A DNA stretch of 64,000 nt from Rhizaria sp. SCN 62-66 (GCA_001724265.1 MEDY01000116.1:1-64000); one strand, 5' to 3'. Shown: positions 34,106 to 47,305, numbered from the stretch's first letter. The notes: a model not told the origin generated them from the sequence alone. Made by a program: numbers and translations.

Positions 34106-35374
34106 TTACTTGCCGTCATAGAGCCAAACGGGCCCCAGATAGTGTCGCACCACAAACCCAGCCGCGCATGTCACCGCCTGCAGCGCCAGCAGCGCCAGAG
34201 TCAGCTTCTCCTCCGTCACCGGCCCCATAAGCCTCAAAACGAGGTTGATAATAGTGAAGTTATCGTATTCTTTCCCGCTCGCTGTCTTGAACCGGGACGG
34301 CGTGCGAAGTCCAGTCTTGGGGTCAACGGCCGGCAGGCGGTGGCGAGGGCAGGGGACGACCTTAAACAACTGCGGACACGAGTAGAGGAAGTTGGCAATC
34401 TGCGGTAAAAGATATAAAAGCAAAGTCTTAGAGAAGTGGCCTAAAATACCGACAACAGCGAACGTCATGCCAGCGAAATAGCAATACGTGTCACCAGCAA
34501 ACACCTTCGCCGGGAACCAATTGTACTTAAGCAGCGCCAAAGAGACCGCGATAAAGCACAACATGATCATGGCTGAGAACATGTGAGGGTGGGTAACCGG
34601 GGTAGCATCGGCAGGGGCGCCAGAGAGTTCGTATAAATTGGTGGCGAGGATGGCGACGGCAACGACAACGGACTGACCAACCTCTAATCCGTTGATTCCG
34701 GCGTAGATGTTGATTGCATTGGTGCAAAACACCGCCAAAAGGCACATATACAGGTAATAAAAGATGCCGATGTCAACGATTGACCCCTGAGAGAATTTGT
34801 CAACGGTGAACACCATGTTCAGAAGCTTACCAAGCACCGTCGGCGCGTTCGTCGCAGCGTCGTAAAGCAAGGGGCGTGCAAAAACAGGCATGACAAGGGT
34901 GGTGACGCCGGTGTAAGAGCAGAGCAGAGGCAGAGAGGCAGCGGTAGGGAGAACAAGCTTGTAACGCCACGGCAAATCAACAACGTCGTCAACAAAGCCC
35001 AGAAAGATCATGAAGCAGATGCAGAGAATTGCCGCGTTAAACAGCGCCAAGTCAGCGGCGGTTTTCGCGTAAAAGACCTGGAGTCCGATAAGAGCGATGA
35101 CGCAGACGACGCCAGTGACGACTCCCAAAGCGCTCGGGATCTCTTCGTCGGCGTCGGGGCGGCCGGTGCGGCCGAGATCCTTGCCGCGGAGGCCACGGCG
35201 GTGCAGAAAGGGCTGGAAGTGCGGGATGAGGTGCAGGGTAACAAAGAAGGCGGCCATAGCGGCGACGAGAGCCCAGAAGAGGTTTGTTAGGATGGACGTA
35301 TTGCCGACACGAGAACCCAAGATAGCCAGCGGCAACAGACACGCCGAGGCCAGGAGCGCGCGCGAGTCAAGCAT
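34106..35374 (-). CDS. ALG7: UDP-GlcNAc:dolichyl-phosphate GlcNAc-1-phosphate transferase; 422 aa
   Basis: FLGFVDDVVDLPWRYKL, FCTNAINIYAGINGLEVGQ, PAKVFAGDTYCYFAG, GHFSKTLLL, PCPRHRLP and NFTIINL. Confidence 0.96.
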   Translation of the reverse strand: MLDSRALLASACLLPLAILGSRVGNTSILTNLFWALVAAMAAFFVTLHLIPHFQPFLHRRGLRGKDLGRTGRPDADEEIPSALGVVTGVVCVIALIGLQVFYAKTAADLALFNAAILCICFMIFLGFVDDVVDLPWRYKLVLPTAASLPLLCSYTGVTTLVMPVFARPLLYDAATNAPTVLGKLLNMVFTVDKFSQGSIVDIGIFYYLYMCLLAVFCTNAINIYAGINGLEVGQSVVVAVAILATNLYELSGAPADATPVTHPHMFSAMIMLCFIAVSLALLKYNWFPAKVFAGDTYCYFAGMTFAVVGILGHFSKTLLLYLLPQIANFLYSCPQLFKVVPCPRHRLPAVDPKTGLRTPSRFKTASGKEYDNFTIINLVLRLMGPVTEEKLTLALLALQAVTCAAGFVVRHYLGPVWLYDGK

Positions 35375-36610
35375 GGCTGCTCCAATGAACGCGCGGGGCG
35401 AATGCTATGTAAAGTGTAGTGGATGTGCACGAGCTTGTAGAGGTTGGGAGGCAAACGGGGAGTGGTGTGTGCCAGTATCGGAGGAAAGAGGAGCGAGGAA
35501 GCGGGACTGATTTGACGAAAGATTGGAAGATGAATTAGTGGAGTTAGATGTCAGACTTGTGAAGTGATGCAAATACTACAAAAAAATATGTGCTTGATTT
35601 TACTAGATATAGCTATAAAATCCAGAACAACGGTCTGATGGTGAAGAACGAGACTGCTGATGTGGCTCGAAACCTCGTTCGTCGTGGTCGGTCGGCTGTC
35701 AGGCTTTTTCGGTCCGTCTCAGACCAGATAAAAATCACGTGCCATCGTACTTGAACGATGCATATCTCCGTGAAACAGGAAGATACTCGAACAAAGATGA
35801 ATTATTATTGAGATCGCGTCTGTTTTTATCTCAAAACTGCTTTATTATTTGCATAGACAATAATCTTCATTAGAATATCGTTGTAGATTGATGAAGTAAT
35901 GCTGCTTCGATCACTGCTACGCTGAAAGCTCTCTCTTCGTGATACGCATACAAAAGCATACCAAACCGTTTTGAAAATGTACCTATATTAGTATAGTATG
36001 TCAGAAAGGTGTGCGGTTAGCAACAGCAATTGTTTTAGCAAACTGTCTGTGTTGACGTCAAACGTGCTACATAATGGTCATGACACAGAGATACTTCAAG
36101 TCCATCGAGTGGCATAACAACGTGTTATGCAGGTATACCGATATTATAGTGTTTTTAATATCCTTGTTATGCCTACCTTCCTGTCTCAAGTCTTAGTGTC
36201 TGTGTTTGATAAGGCTTTATGAGTCGGATCCAAGCCAGATCTCACATCGCAGTTTCGTCACAAGCATCGAAATCAGGGAATATATCGCGACTCAGGTCAC
36301 AACTTAGGATTCCCAGCATGCATTGCAAACATTTTTTTAGTTCAAGCTACGATCCAGTCTGAAACTTACATTGAACAAGATCTCATGCCGCTAGATTAAT
36401 CGATATCTTTGATGCTCTCTGCTGAGCTCCGGTCGCAGTCGAGACTCACCACGAATCGAGCCAACTAAGAATAACCCAACGACAGCGACAAATCATCGTC
36501 AAATCCGCACTTAACTTGATATTCCAATATTTAAGTGGGATTTCTATTCGACTGTAAAATAATTTTCCTTTAGCTCACCGTACAACTCCAACACACTGCT
36601 TTCTCCGCAG

Positions 36611-39600
36611 ATGGCTGAGAGCAAGCCTCCCCTGCCCCCCACCGGCGGCGGCGGACACAGCTCCCTTCCCTCAGGCATCTCTGTCCCCAGTATCGTCTCC
36701 GCCAACGTCAAGTCCTTTCTTCGCACAGACCGTGCCGCGGACTCGCAGGGCCGCACGCGCAACTTCTACGACGATATCCACACTCCCGTCCCTGACGACT
36801 CCGGAGCAAACCTCGACTCGACCGCTCTCCCTTTGAACGCTCTCAACGCCCCCGCTGGCGCTAGCACCGCGAGCGCCAAGGCCGCCGCGGCCCGTGCAGA
36901 TAGCCTTGCCTTGCTGCAGTCGATCTGGCGCGGCGTCATCGGCGCCAACGACGCCGTGGAGACCCCCTTTGGCCCCCGCAAGATCACTTACGCCGACTAC
37001 ACTGCATCAGGCCGCGCGCTGTCGTTCATCGAAGACTACATCCGCCAGGAAGTTCTGCCGCTCTACGCCAATACGCACACGCTGTCTGACGCCACGGGGC
37101 TGCAGACGACGCTTTTCCGCCAGGAAGCACGTGATATCATCAAGCGCGCCGTTCGCGGCTCCATCCATGATACAGTGCTGTTCTGTGGCTCTGGCGCGAC
37201 TGCGTGCGTGGACACGGCTGTCCGGCTGCTGCAGCTGCGCGAGATGGCTGACGCAGCAAAGCGGGAACACACGGCGCTACCCGTGGTACTCGTGGGTCCC
37301 TACGAGCACCACTCGAACTTGTTGCCGTGGCGTGAATCAGGCGCCATCGTCATCACGATCCCCGAGACGCCCGCCCCTCACACTGCGCCCAACAACGCCA
37401 CGGCCGCTGCGCTTCACGCGGCGCAGAACAGCACTGATAACAACAGTATGCAGTGTATTGGGGCACTGTGTCGTAGCGCCGCCGGCCTCGTCACGTTTCC
37501 CCCCTCAGATAACACAAACGCAACCTCAGACACTGTTTCTGCGAGTGCGATGGGTGCGTCCACAGTCCAGAGGCAGGGGGCCGGCGGTGGCCTAGACCGC
37601 GCCGCTCTGGAAGCCGCACTCGCCGCCGCCGCGGCCGCCGGCGCTCCTTTGATCGTGGGTTCGTTCTCAGCGGCGTCCAACGTCACCGGCGCGCTGGAAG
37701 ACACCGTCGCCGTGACTGCGATGCTGAAGCGGTACGGCGCGCTGTCATGCTGGGACTACGCCGGCGCGGGGCCCTATGTGCCGATCGACATGAACCCTGA
37801 TAACAACGACGCTTTGCGCAAGGATCTCGTGTTTCTGTCCCCGCATAAGCTCGTGGGTGGTGTGTCCACGCCCGGTGTGCTGGTGGCCGCGAAAGGATTA
37901 CTTGCGCGCCGCGCCGTGCCCGTGCGTCCGGGTGGCGGAACCGTGCTGTGGGTCGGTACACGTGGCCATGAGTACCTCGCCAACCTCGAAGAGAAAGAAG
38001 AAGGCGGTACACCTGAGATCGTGGGTGCGATCCGCGCCGGACTCGTGTTCCAGCTCAAGCAGGCTGTAGGGCCCACGATGCTTGCGCGGCGTGAGAAGGC
38101 GCTTGCTGCATTGGCGCACAGGGCGTGGCGTACGCACCCGCACATCTTACTCTTGGGCAACACCAATACTCCGCTGGTCACAGGTTCCAACGCTCAGTTG
38201 ACGACTGAGGCGCCCGCGAGGCTGCCTATTCTGTCCTTCGCTGTGCGGTATGCACCGGATCCTTCGCTGTTGTTGCACCACAACTTCGTTGCGGCCCTAC
38301 TGAACGACCTCTTCGGCATCCAGGTACGCGTACACGACTTTCACTAAACAAAGCTATAAGCTGCATATGTCAACCAACTAAGAAAATAATGTCATGTTTA
38401 TATTTATATTAGCAATTACGAAATTGAATTAAATTAATTTGTCTCATCCCAAAAGTCTCATATCTATGTCTCCATATCTAACAAATCGTACATTTTCTGT
38501 CTTACTCTTATTAGGCTCGTGCTGGCTGCGCCTGCGCTGGTCCTTACGTCCAGTCTCTGATGGGCATCTCGACCGCTACTGGCGACGCCTTCTTGTCCGC
38601 CATTTTAGAGAAGCAAGAGGTTGTTCGCCCCGGCATGGTCCGCGTTTCACTGTCATACTTCGCCCCGCGCGCTGAGGCGGCTTACATTCTCCGCGCAGTG
38701 CGCTGGGTGGCATCTCGCGGCTGGCTGCTGCTGCCTCTGTACGCTGCCGTCACGGCTTCGGGTGAGTTCCGCCACCGTGCGCGTCTGACCAAGACGCCTG
38801 AGAGGCGGTGGCTGGGGTCGATCTCGTACAAGGGCGGGGCGATGACGTATGAGTCACGCCGGGCGGTACTCGCGGCCACGAGTACCGAGAATGCCACCGC
38901 GGAACACGTGAGTAGCAGCGCGACTGCGGGACTCGCGAGTACCGTGCCGACCGCAGTACCCGTGCCAGTGGGTGCCTCCGTCCCGGCCCCTCTGACCCCC
39001 GCCGCAGCCGCCGCCCTCTTCGCCTCCTACGAAGCCGCCGCCGACGCCCTCGTCGACCGTGTGGTCCGCGGTGACTTGGCCCCCGGGGCGCCGGGTCCGT
39101 CTCTGGGGGCGACACTCACGGCCACGGCCCGGTCGCTCCGGTGGTTTGCCTTCCCCGATGAAGCCGCTGAAGACGTGCGCACTTACATTCGGGCTAACTC
39201 TAACTCTAACAACAACGCCAATGCGAGTGTTAATCGTCAGGCTGCTGCGGAAGTATGGCCGTGGGCCGCGAATGCGGCGCCTCAGCCTGTTGCCGTCGCC
39301 TGCCCTTCTGTCAGCTATAACTATCACATTGCTAGAGCTAGCACCACGAGTTCTGCTTTCGCGACTACTGGCGAGAGCACCAGTGACGCCGACTACGAGT
39401 ACGACTGCGACATTGCCAGTGACTCCACCGCGAGCGACTTCACCGCTGACGCCGCCGCCGCCGTTGCCGCCGTCGCCGCTGCCTCTGAGCTGCCTAGCCG
39501 TTGGTTAGGCCGCGTACAGCTTGCAGTGGCGCCCCAGCGTGCGTACCGCGCCGGTACACAGTGTATCGACGCCGCGGCTCTCCCCGCATGCGTACGCGTA

Positions 39601-41632
39601 CACGCGGTCACGAGTACTAGCAATAACAACACCACGGGTTCGAGCGCGATTAACATTGAGGCTGAGGCCAAGGCAGCTGGCGCTAACTCTCCACGCTCCA
39701 GCTCTAGTAGCTCTAGCTCTATGAGCCCTAGCTCTGGTTCTAGTGTCAATCCCCCTGCTGCAACTGACCTCGCATCGCCTCCGTCCACTGATTCTGCGTC
39801 TGCGACGACGCCCAGTGTAACGGCCGCGAAGGAAACCACTGCGACTGGAACTGCAGTTGCGACGAATTCGACTGCGGCTGCGGCTGCTGTCAATGAGCGT
39901 GCCAAGGGTGTGGCTTACAACAAGGGCCTTGATCTTGAGGCTGAGAGGCACCGCCTACCGATTCAGAAGTACACTGCTCTGTCCGACACCACGTGTCAGA
40001 ACTGCTTCCACGAGCACCGCTCCGTCCCCAACAGCAGCAACACCACCAACGCAGATAATAACAACACCAACAGCAGCAGCAAGCAAGGTGGCAAGAACGC
40101 TGAGAACCCCGATGCCTCGTCATCATCCTCATCGACCCCTGCGAATGCGAGTTTCTCTCGCGAATGCGTCACTTGCGAGTGCGTCTCCTACGTCCCACGC
40201 TCCTCCGCGCTCGCCGCCACCGACGGCCCCACACTGCACCGCGCCACGCTCCGTCTCGCGCGCACGGTGCTCCACGCAGTCCGCGAGTTCGACATGCTCC
40301 GCGAAGGGGACCGCATTCTCGTCGGTGTCTCGGGCGGCAAAGACTCGCTCGCGCTGCTGCACCTGCTGCTCTACACACAACGCCGCAGCAAGGTCCGCTT
40401 CCACATCGGCGCAGCGACGGTTGACCCGCAGACCCCGGAGTACGACCCCTCACTTCTGAAGCGGTATTTCGCGGCACTCGGGGTGCCGTATCATTACTCC
40501 GCCGTCCCCGTGATGTCCATCGCGAAGAAACAGCTTGAACGCAACCCGAAGATCTCGATCTGCGCCTTCTGCTCTCGCATGCGGCGCGGTATCCTCTATT
40601 CTACATGCCGTACGTTCGGCTATAACGTGCTTGCTTTGGGCCAGCATATGGACGATTTGGCCGAGAGCTTCGTGATGAATGCGTTCCACAACGGCGCTGC
40701 ACGGACCATGAAGCCCCACTACTCGTGCCAGGTACGCCGCTCCGACAGAACAAAAACAAATATATACTCTGATAATCAAGCATTAGTGTGAATATATTTC
40801 ACAAGCCAATATTGAAGTTGTATGAAATCGTACACCTTAATTTTACATCTCTAAATGAACATCTTCCCTTCGATATATCGAATTCCTTCTCTTCTTCTTT
40901 TTTTTTGTACGACGTTTGTCGTACTTCTTAGGGTGGTGATTTGCGCATCATCCGTCCCCTGTGCTTCATCCGCGAGTGGCAGCTCCGCGAGTTCGCCAAG
41001 GCCATGGGTCTGCCAGTCATCAGCGAGAACTGCCCTGCCTGCTTCGAGGCCCCCAAGGAGCGTCAGCGCGTGAAGCTGATGCTCGCCGCGCAGGAAGCTG
41101 TGCACCCAGCGTTATTCAACTCGCTACAAATCGCGCTGATGCCGATGCTGCGCGCCACGTCGCTCGGCGTGACGATCAGCGACGAGCAGCTGTTTAAGGA
41201 TATGAAGATTTCGTTTGGCGCGCTCAAGGACGGGGACGGCGACGACGACGGCGGTGACGGCAACGGCAACGACAAAGGCAACGGCAACAACAGCACTAGC
41301 AGTTCGACCGACGCCGCCGCCAACACCGAGACAGCAACCGGCTCTAGCTCTAGCTCTGGCGCTGGCGCTGGGAAGGAGGCTGTGGCTGCGAATGGTGTTG
41401 CTGTGCATACAAACAGCAATGTCGGCCAGGCTCAGGGTCAGCCGAAGGAGCGGAAGCCTAAGGGACCGCGGCCGAACAAGACGCCGAAGCAGAAGCCAGC
41501 CGGCCATAGTACCGAGCCGGGGGCAGCAGGCGAGCAGAAGAGGTTTGTGGCCGAGACGGAGACGTTTGGCGTTGCGCCTGCTGCTATGCTTGCTGCTGCT
41601 GCTGTTGCCAATAGCAATGCTACTGCTACTGC

Positions 41633-41663
<31 letters not shown>

Positions 41664-41735
41664 TCTGCTTCTACTAGCAACGCCACGGTGACTGCTAAGG
41701 AAGACGAGGATGAGACTCAGGTGCTGATTGTGTGA
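36611..41735 (+). CDS. Fusion of a class-V PLP aminotransferase (cysteine-desulfurase-like) domain and a TtcA/TtuA/Ctu1-family tRNA 2-thiolation (PP-loop) domain; 3 exons (36611-38323, 38515-40731, 40932-41735), ~1,577 aa
   Basis: N-terminal half: YADYTASGR, YANTH, GPYEHHSNLLPW, SAASNVTG, WDYA, SPHK (PLP Lys), EEGGTP and NDLFGIQ|ARAGCACAGPY. C-terminal half: ILVGVSGGKDS, CAFCSRMRRGILY, ALGQHMDDLAESF, IIRPL and ENCPAC. Both domains lie in one reading frame through exon 2. Confidence 0.9.
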
Positions 41736-42603
41736 GCGACGAAGCAATGCTAACTTGCCATTGTGCTTATATAATGCTTAGAACAGGATATTGTGTTGGG
41801 TTTAACTTGCTAATGAACAAAAGTATAAGCTCCTCGTGTCGACTTGAAGCGACGGTGGAACGACTAAATATGGAATTTTATCAAGTATAAAGACCATATA
41901 TGAACTGTAGATACATTAACTATTAATAAACACGTATGAAATTATAAATAGTAAGTCAGTATCGCAACTGCTGTTTATTTAGAGGGGTATCGACAGGCAA
42001 ATCACTCTGCGTGAACCATAAATGACTTGCTTTTTTCGGTCCGCGGCGAGTCAGCCGGCCACGAAGTGAGAAGTTCGATGGGGATCTGACGATTGATAGT
42101 CACCTTGTCCCAAGGGTCCACACGGCCGATGTGTCGCGCTGATTTTGAGTGTATGGAGGTTGCGCGCGTGTGGTGCATTTGCTACACGTAGAAGATTTTC
42201 TGGAAACGCGATATGAGGCTGACATCCGTGCTTGTGAAGAGCGCCCTTGAGAGGGGCCGATCGGATGCTTCAGCCACAGCGTCCACTTTGAAAATTTCAC
42301 ATTTTCCCAACACCCCAGCGAGATTTCTTTACTAGCATACCGAAGATGTCTACGTACCACGTTGGACCTACCGCTTTCACCCTGCTCTGACGCTTTTTTG
42401 TCCTCATATCTGTCCCATTTGTTGTTGCCGCCCCTGTGCCTTTGCTTGCCCGCTCCATCCCTCGTCCAGACTCCCCCTTTCTTTCCCCTTCTCCCACCAG
42501 AAGGGATCGTCACTGTCAGCAGCCTTGTCTGCGCACCTTTCGTCTTCTTTCCTCCTGTTTCTCTCTTTTCGCGACGCTCGTTGCGCGATTTCCAGGGACG
42601 GAT

Positions 42604-45600
42604 ATGTCCCTCCACGCGCCCTCACAGGCCCACACTCCAGCTCCAGGCGCCTCCAACGCCTCAGCAGCAGCAGCTTCCTCGTCCTCCCTCCCTGTCTCCG
42701 CCGCCGGCTCCCCCGCCATCGGCGCTGCCACGGCGGCCTCCACGCGCCCCTTGGTCGAGCTGTTCCTGCAGTTTTTGTCCTCTGACGCTGCTGATGCTGC
42801 CCTGTCCACCGCGCTCGCAGCCGCCACGTCCACCGCCGCTTCCTCCACCGTCGCCTCCAGCTCTGGCTCAAGCGCAACGCTCTCGCTCCCGTCCTCGTCC
42901 CGCCCCGACTCAACCGACCCCGAGTACTCGTACTCCTCGGCGAATGGGAGTGGCGGGCTTCTGTTGACTGGGGATGACGACCCCGACAGTGCACGTTCGG
43001 TCGCACTTGCACTGTCCCTCGCTTCAGCCGTCGGCGTCTCGCCCCGGCTCGCGCGCGCTGCGTCGCATGCGGTACTCGCGGTTGCGGGCACTAGCGCCGC
43101 CGCGCTCGCTGCTGAGGCCGCTAACCCGGAAGCCGACTCTGTGTCAGCCCAGTCTGCCTCAAGCTCAGCCTCAGCCTCTGCTTCTACGACTGTGTCCTCG
43201 TCGTCGTCGTCGTCGTCGTTGGCTGGGGATGCTGACGGCGACGCGTTGGCCATGGAGCTCGACCTCAACCTCAACTTAGACTCGAACAACGGCAACAACA
43301 ATGCGGCCCTAGCTCGCGGCTCTGCAGTCAATCCTGAAGCCAGCTCAGATATTCCCGCCAATAACAACGGGGATGAGACCGGCGGCGCTCGCGACGCTGC
43401 CAACCTCACCCTCTCTGTTGCTCACACTGCAACTGCGGCGGCTTATGACGCTCTAAGGGCCGACACCCCCTTACCCGCCCCCGCCACCACAGACACCCTT
43501 CTCCACGGCCACGGTCCTAGCCACATCAGCAGCAGCAGCAGCAGCGCTGCCATCGACTCCCACGAAGCCGACGCTCTCCGCCTCAACACCACCGCGCGCA
43601 CGCATCCTGACGCTGAAGCTGCCTCCGCCGCCGCCGCCGCCGCCGCTGCTGCTGCTGCTGCTGCCGCGGGGACTGCGGCAACTGGGACTGCTGGCGCTGG
43701 AGCGGCGGGGACTGTTCTCCCGCCCGCGCCCGGCGCGGCGCTGGCAGCTTCCGTCGCGCCCCTCAAGCGCTTGGCGCCCTGGCACGTCCGCAAGCTCGCC
43801 GCCGCCACCTTCGGCCCCCCCGCGCCCGCGGGGGCCGGGGGGGCGGCCGCGGCTGCTGCGGCCGCGGCTGCCGCTGCGAACGCTGGCGAGGGCGGGGAGG
43901 CGCATGAGAACAGTCCTGAGGAGGCGGCCGCCGCGGCGGCTGCCAGCGCGAGCGCCACCACCACTGCCCCCGCGGCCGCCGCGGCTGCCGCGAGCGCCGC
44001 CGCCGGTGCGGACGCTACCGCTGCGCTCTCGGCGGCAGCCGCGGCCACGGCCGCGGAAGTGTCTCGGCGCGTCTCGGTCGTTCAGGTTCGTACCGATTAC
44101 CAGTTCCTAAAAACAAAGATTTGAATGCACATATGAACTCCAAACCTACGCGGTTTCTGCAATGTTAGAAATAATGTGTATTTGTATCTCTTATGTATTT
44201 TTGTATTTATGCGCTCACATCTATCCCTGTTTTCGTATTCTTACTTCAACTAGGCCGCGTGGCGTGTGCACCAACGCCGCCAGCAACGACTGCTGCGGCG
44301 ACAGGCCACCCAGGCGCGCCGCGCCGCGCGCGCCGCCCGCCGCCGCGCCCGCGCGGACCGCGCCGCGCGCCACGAAGAGCGCCTGCGCCGCGCCGCCGCG
44401 GGAGAGCCGCACCCGCGTGAAGGGGACGGTGACGCCGGGGCGAGCGAGGCCGAGGACGCGGCGGCGGCGGCAGCCGAGAGCGCTGACGAGGCGGCGGATG
44501 ACGCGGCGTCCGAGGCCGACGCCGCCGCGGCTGCGCTGCGCGGGAGTAACGGCGAGCAGAACAACGGCGGCGACAACGGGGACGGGGGGGACAACGGCGA
44601 CGACGACGATGATGACGACGACGATGATCCGGCCGCCGCTGCCGCCGCTACCGGCGGCGACGGCGACTCCGCTGCCACAGCTTCTGGCGAGGCGGCGGCG
44701 GCGGCGGCAGCCAGCATTCGCGACATCGGTCTCCCCGTAGAAGGATTGCTCCCCATCACGACGGAAGTCTTCTTGCTGCCGCCCTACGTTAACCGCACAC
44801 TCTTCGACAAGCTTCTGCTGTTCCAGGCGCTCTGGGGCACGCATCCGCCGGCCAACAGCACCAACATCGCCACCAATGGCGACGGCGCGGCCGTAACCCT
44901 CGTGTCCCACGCCACGATCACGCGGTACTATCGGCAGACGTGCTCCGAGCTCGACCCTGCAGCGCGTTTATTCTTGCTCCTGCTGCCGACGCCACCGCCG
45001 ACGGACGCGCACCTGCGTCCGATCCCGCGCGCCGTGCTCGACACGCACCTCCTCGCCGGCGGCGCGCCGCAGCCGGCCCCCCCGCTCGGCACGCAGGCGA
45101 CGGCGGCGCGCGCCGCGCAGGCCGAGGCCGAGGCGGCGGCGGGCGCGGCGGCCGTAGACGCCGAGGCTCTCGTCGCGGCGGCCGCGCGCGCTGAGGCGGG
45201 GGCGCATGGGGCCGCGGCGGGCAGCGGGGACGCGGGGCCGCTCGGACCGGGACTGCCGGCTGGGACGGACGAGGCCGCGGCGTTGTTGCAGCCGGTGACC
45301 CTTGCCACGCCGAACCTCAACGCCGGGGCCGCCGGAGACGACGACGCTGAGGCCGCGGCGGATATGGAGGAAGGCGTACCCATGGTCATCGGTGCCGACG
45401 GGGAGCTCGCCCCCGCGCCGCTCGACTCGAAGTACCTGTTGCGGACGTATCTCACGCGTAGCGACCTCCGGCCGCTGCTGCTGGAGATTCTGGCAACGCA
45501 TCCGGGGCTTGACTTCCTCTCTACGTCGCCCGACTTTCAGGTACGACATATCGCTATTATCCTCAAATTTTCTGTTTAATTGTTCCTCTAACTCAATTAA

Positions 45601-47305
45601 TCGTATGTTTTATCTCTAAACGTGTCCATTTATGTCGCCAAACGTCTCGTTACGACTTCCTCTTTGTTTTTGTTTTGTTTCTCTTTGTTTTTATCTCACA
45701 CACGAAACAAACGCAGGAGCGGTATGCGCAAACGGTCGTCGCACGCATCTTCTACGCCGTCAACACCGCCGGCGATGAGCGCCTCACACTGCGTGAACTG
45801 CGCCGGTCCAACCTCATGCAACGCCTTGGTGAACTGGCCCGTGAGGAAGACATCAATCTGATCCACGATTTCTTCTCCTATGAGCACTTCTACGTCGTGT
45901 ACTGCAAGTTCTGGGAGCTGGACTCCGACCACGACATGCTGCTTGGGCCCGATGATCTCGTCAAGTACGACGACTGCGGCTTAACTTCGCGCGTGCTCGA
46001 CCGCGTATTACAGGGCGCGGGCCGGCCGCTGCGGTCAGGGGTTCCTGGACGCATGGGGTATGAAGATTTCGTCACGTTCTTTATCTCCGAGGTGGATAAG
46101 ACGTCGCCCGTGGCGATTGACTACTGGTTCCGCTGTGTTGATCTTGATGGTGATGGCGCCATTACTGCGTTCGAAATGGAGTGGTTCTATGACGAGCAGC
46201 GCATCCGCATCCAGGTACGAACGAGAACGAACACATGTATCTCACTCATCTCACCATCATATGAGAATATTTATTGACGTTATTATTTATTTATTTTTTA
46301 AACTATATAGTGGTGGTGGCGGTCACCGCCTCTAATTTTAGTTTAATTGGTTTACATCTTGGTGTCTATCGTGAACATTTCTCACAAATCGCCTTCGCTC
46401 GCTTTGCTTTATTTTTCACTCGTCTCTCTCTCTCTCTCTCTCTCTCTTTTATCTAGGCCGTGTCTCCCGACGCCGCCGTGTTTGCAGACACGATGTGCCA
46501 GCTTTGCGACATGGTCCACCCTCGCAAAGAGGCCGTTTTCACCCGCCGCGACCTCATTCGCTCACGCATGGCTCCCCTTTTCTTCGACATGCTGTTCAAC
46601 CTGAACAAGTTTGTGCTGGCCGAGTCCCGCGACGTGGCTCGCATCCGGCACATCCACGACACGCCCGAGCAGTCGGACTGGGACCGGTGGGCGGCTCAGT
46701 GCTACTACGTGCTCGCCGGCGCCGAGCAGGCCGAGGAAGACGTTGCGCAGCAGACGCAGGCCGCGCTTGACCTCTCGCAGGGGCTTCAAGTGCTGCAGTC
46801 GATGGATCTCGACCTGGATGGCACGGGCGGGGACCCGCACGGTGGCGGCGGGCTCGGCATGGGGCTCGGCCTCTCCGGTCTCGGCGACTTATCCCTCGAC
46901 TCGATCGGTCTGCTCGACCACCACAACGGGCACGGCGACCTCAACCACGGGCTCCACGGCCATGGTCACGACGGCGGCGGCGGCAACGGCGGCGGCGGCG
47001 ACGGCCACCACGGCGGCGACGGCCTCGGCGGGCTTGGGCTCGGCCACGGTCACGGACACGGACACGGTATGCATAACGGCCTCCACGGCGACGGCGGCGG
47101 CGGCGGTGGCCATCCGCTTTCCCACGGTCACAACGGTCACGGCCACGGCCAGCACCTGAGTGGGCTGGGGCAGACAGCCGCCGCGCCGGTCAATGGCGGC
47201 GGCGGCGGCTACGGCGGGCTTGACTTGGCGCTGTATGGCGGCGACGGCGGCGGGCTCGGTGGCGAGGGGGACATGGGCACTAGTCTCAACGCCAACATGC
47301 AGTAA
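42604..47305 (+). CDS. Protein phosphatase 2A regulatory subunit B'' (PR72/PPP2R3 family, EF-hand) with long low-complexity extensions; 4 exons (42604-44085, 44254-45540, 45717-46214, 46457-47305), ~1,371 aa
   Basis: THPGLDFLSTSPDFQ|ERYAQTVVARIFY, FFSYEHFYVVYCKFWELDSDHD, YWFRCVDLDGDG, CQLCDMVHP, FFDMLFNLNKF and SDWDRWAA. Three phase-0 introns. Start codon less certain. Confidence 0.9.
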
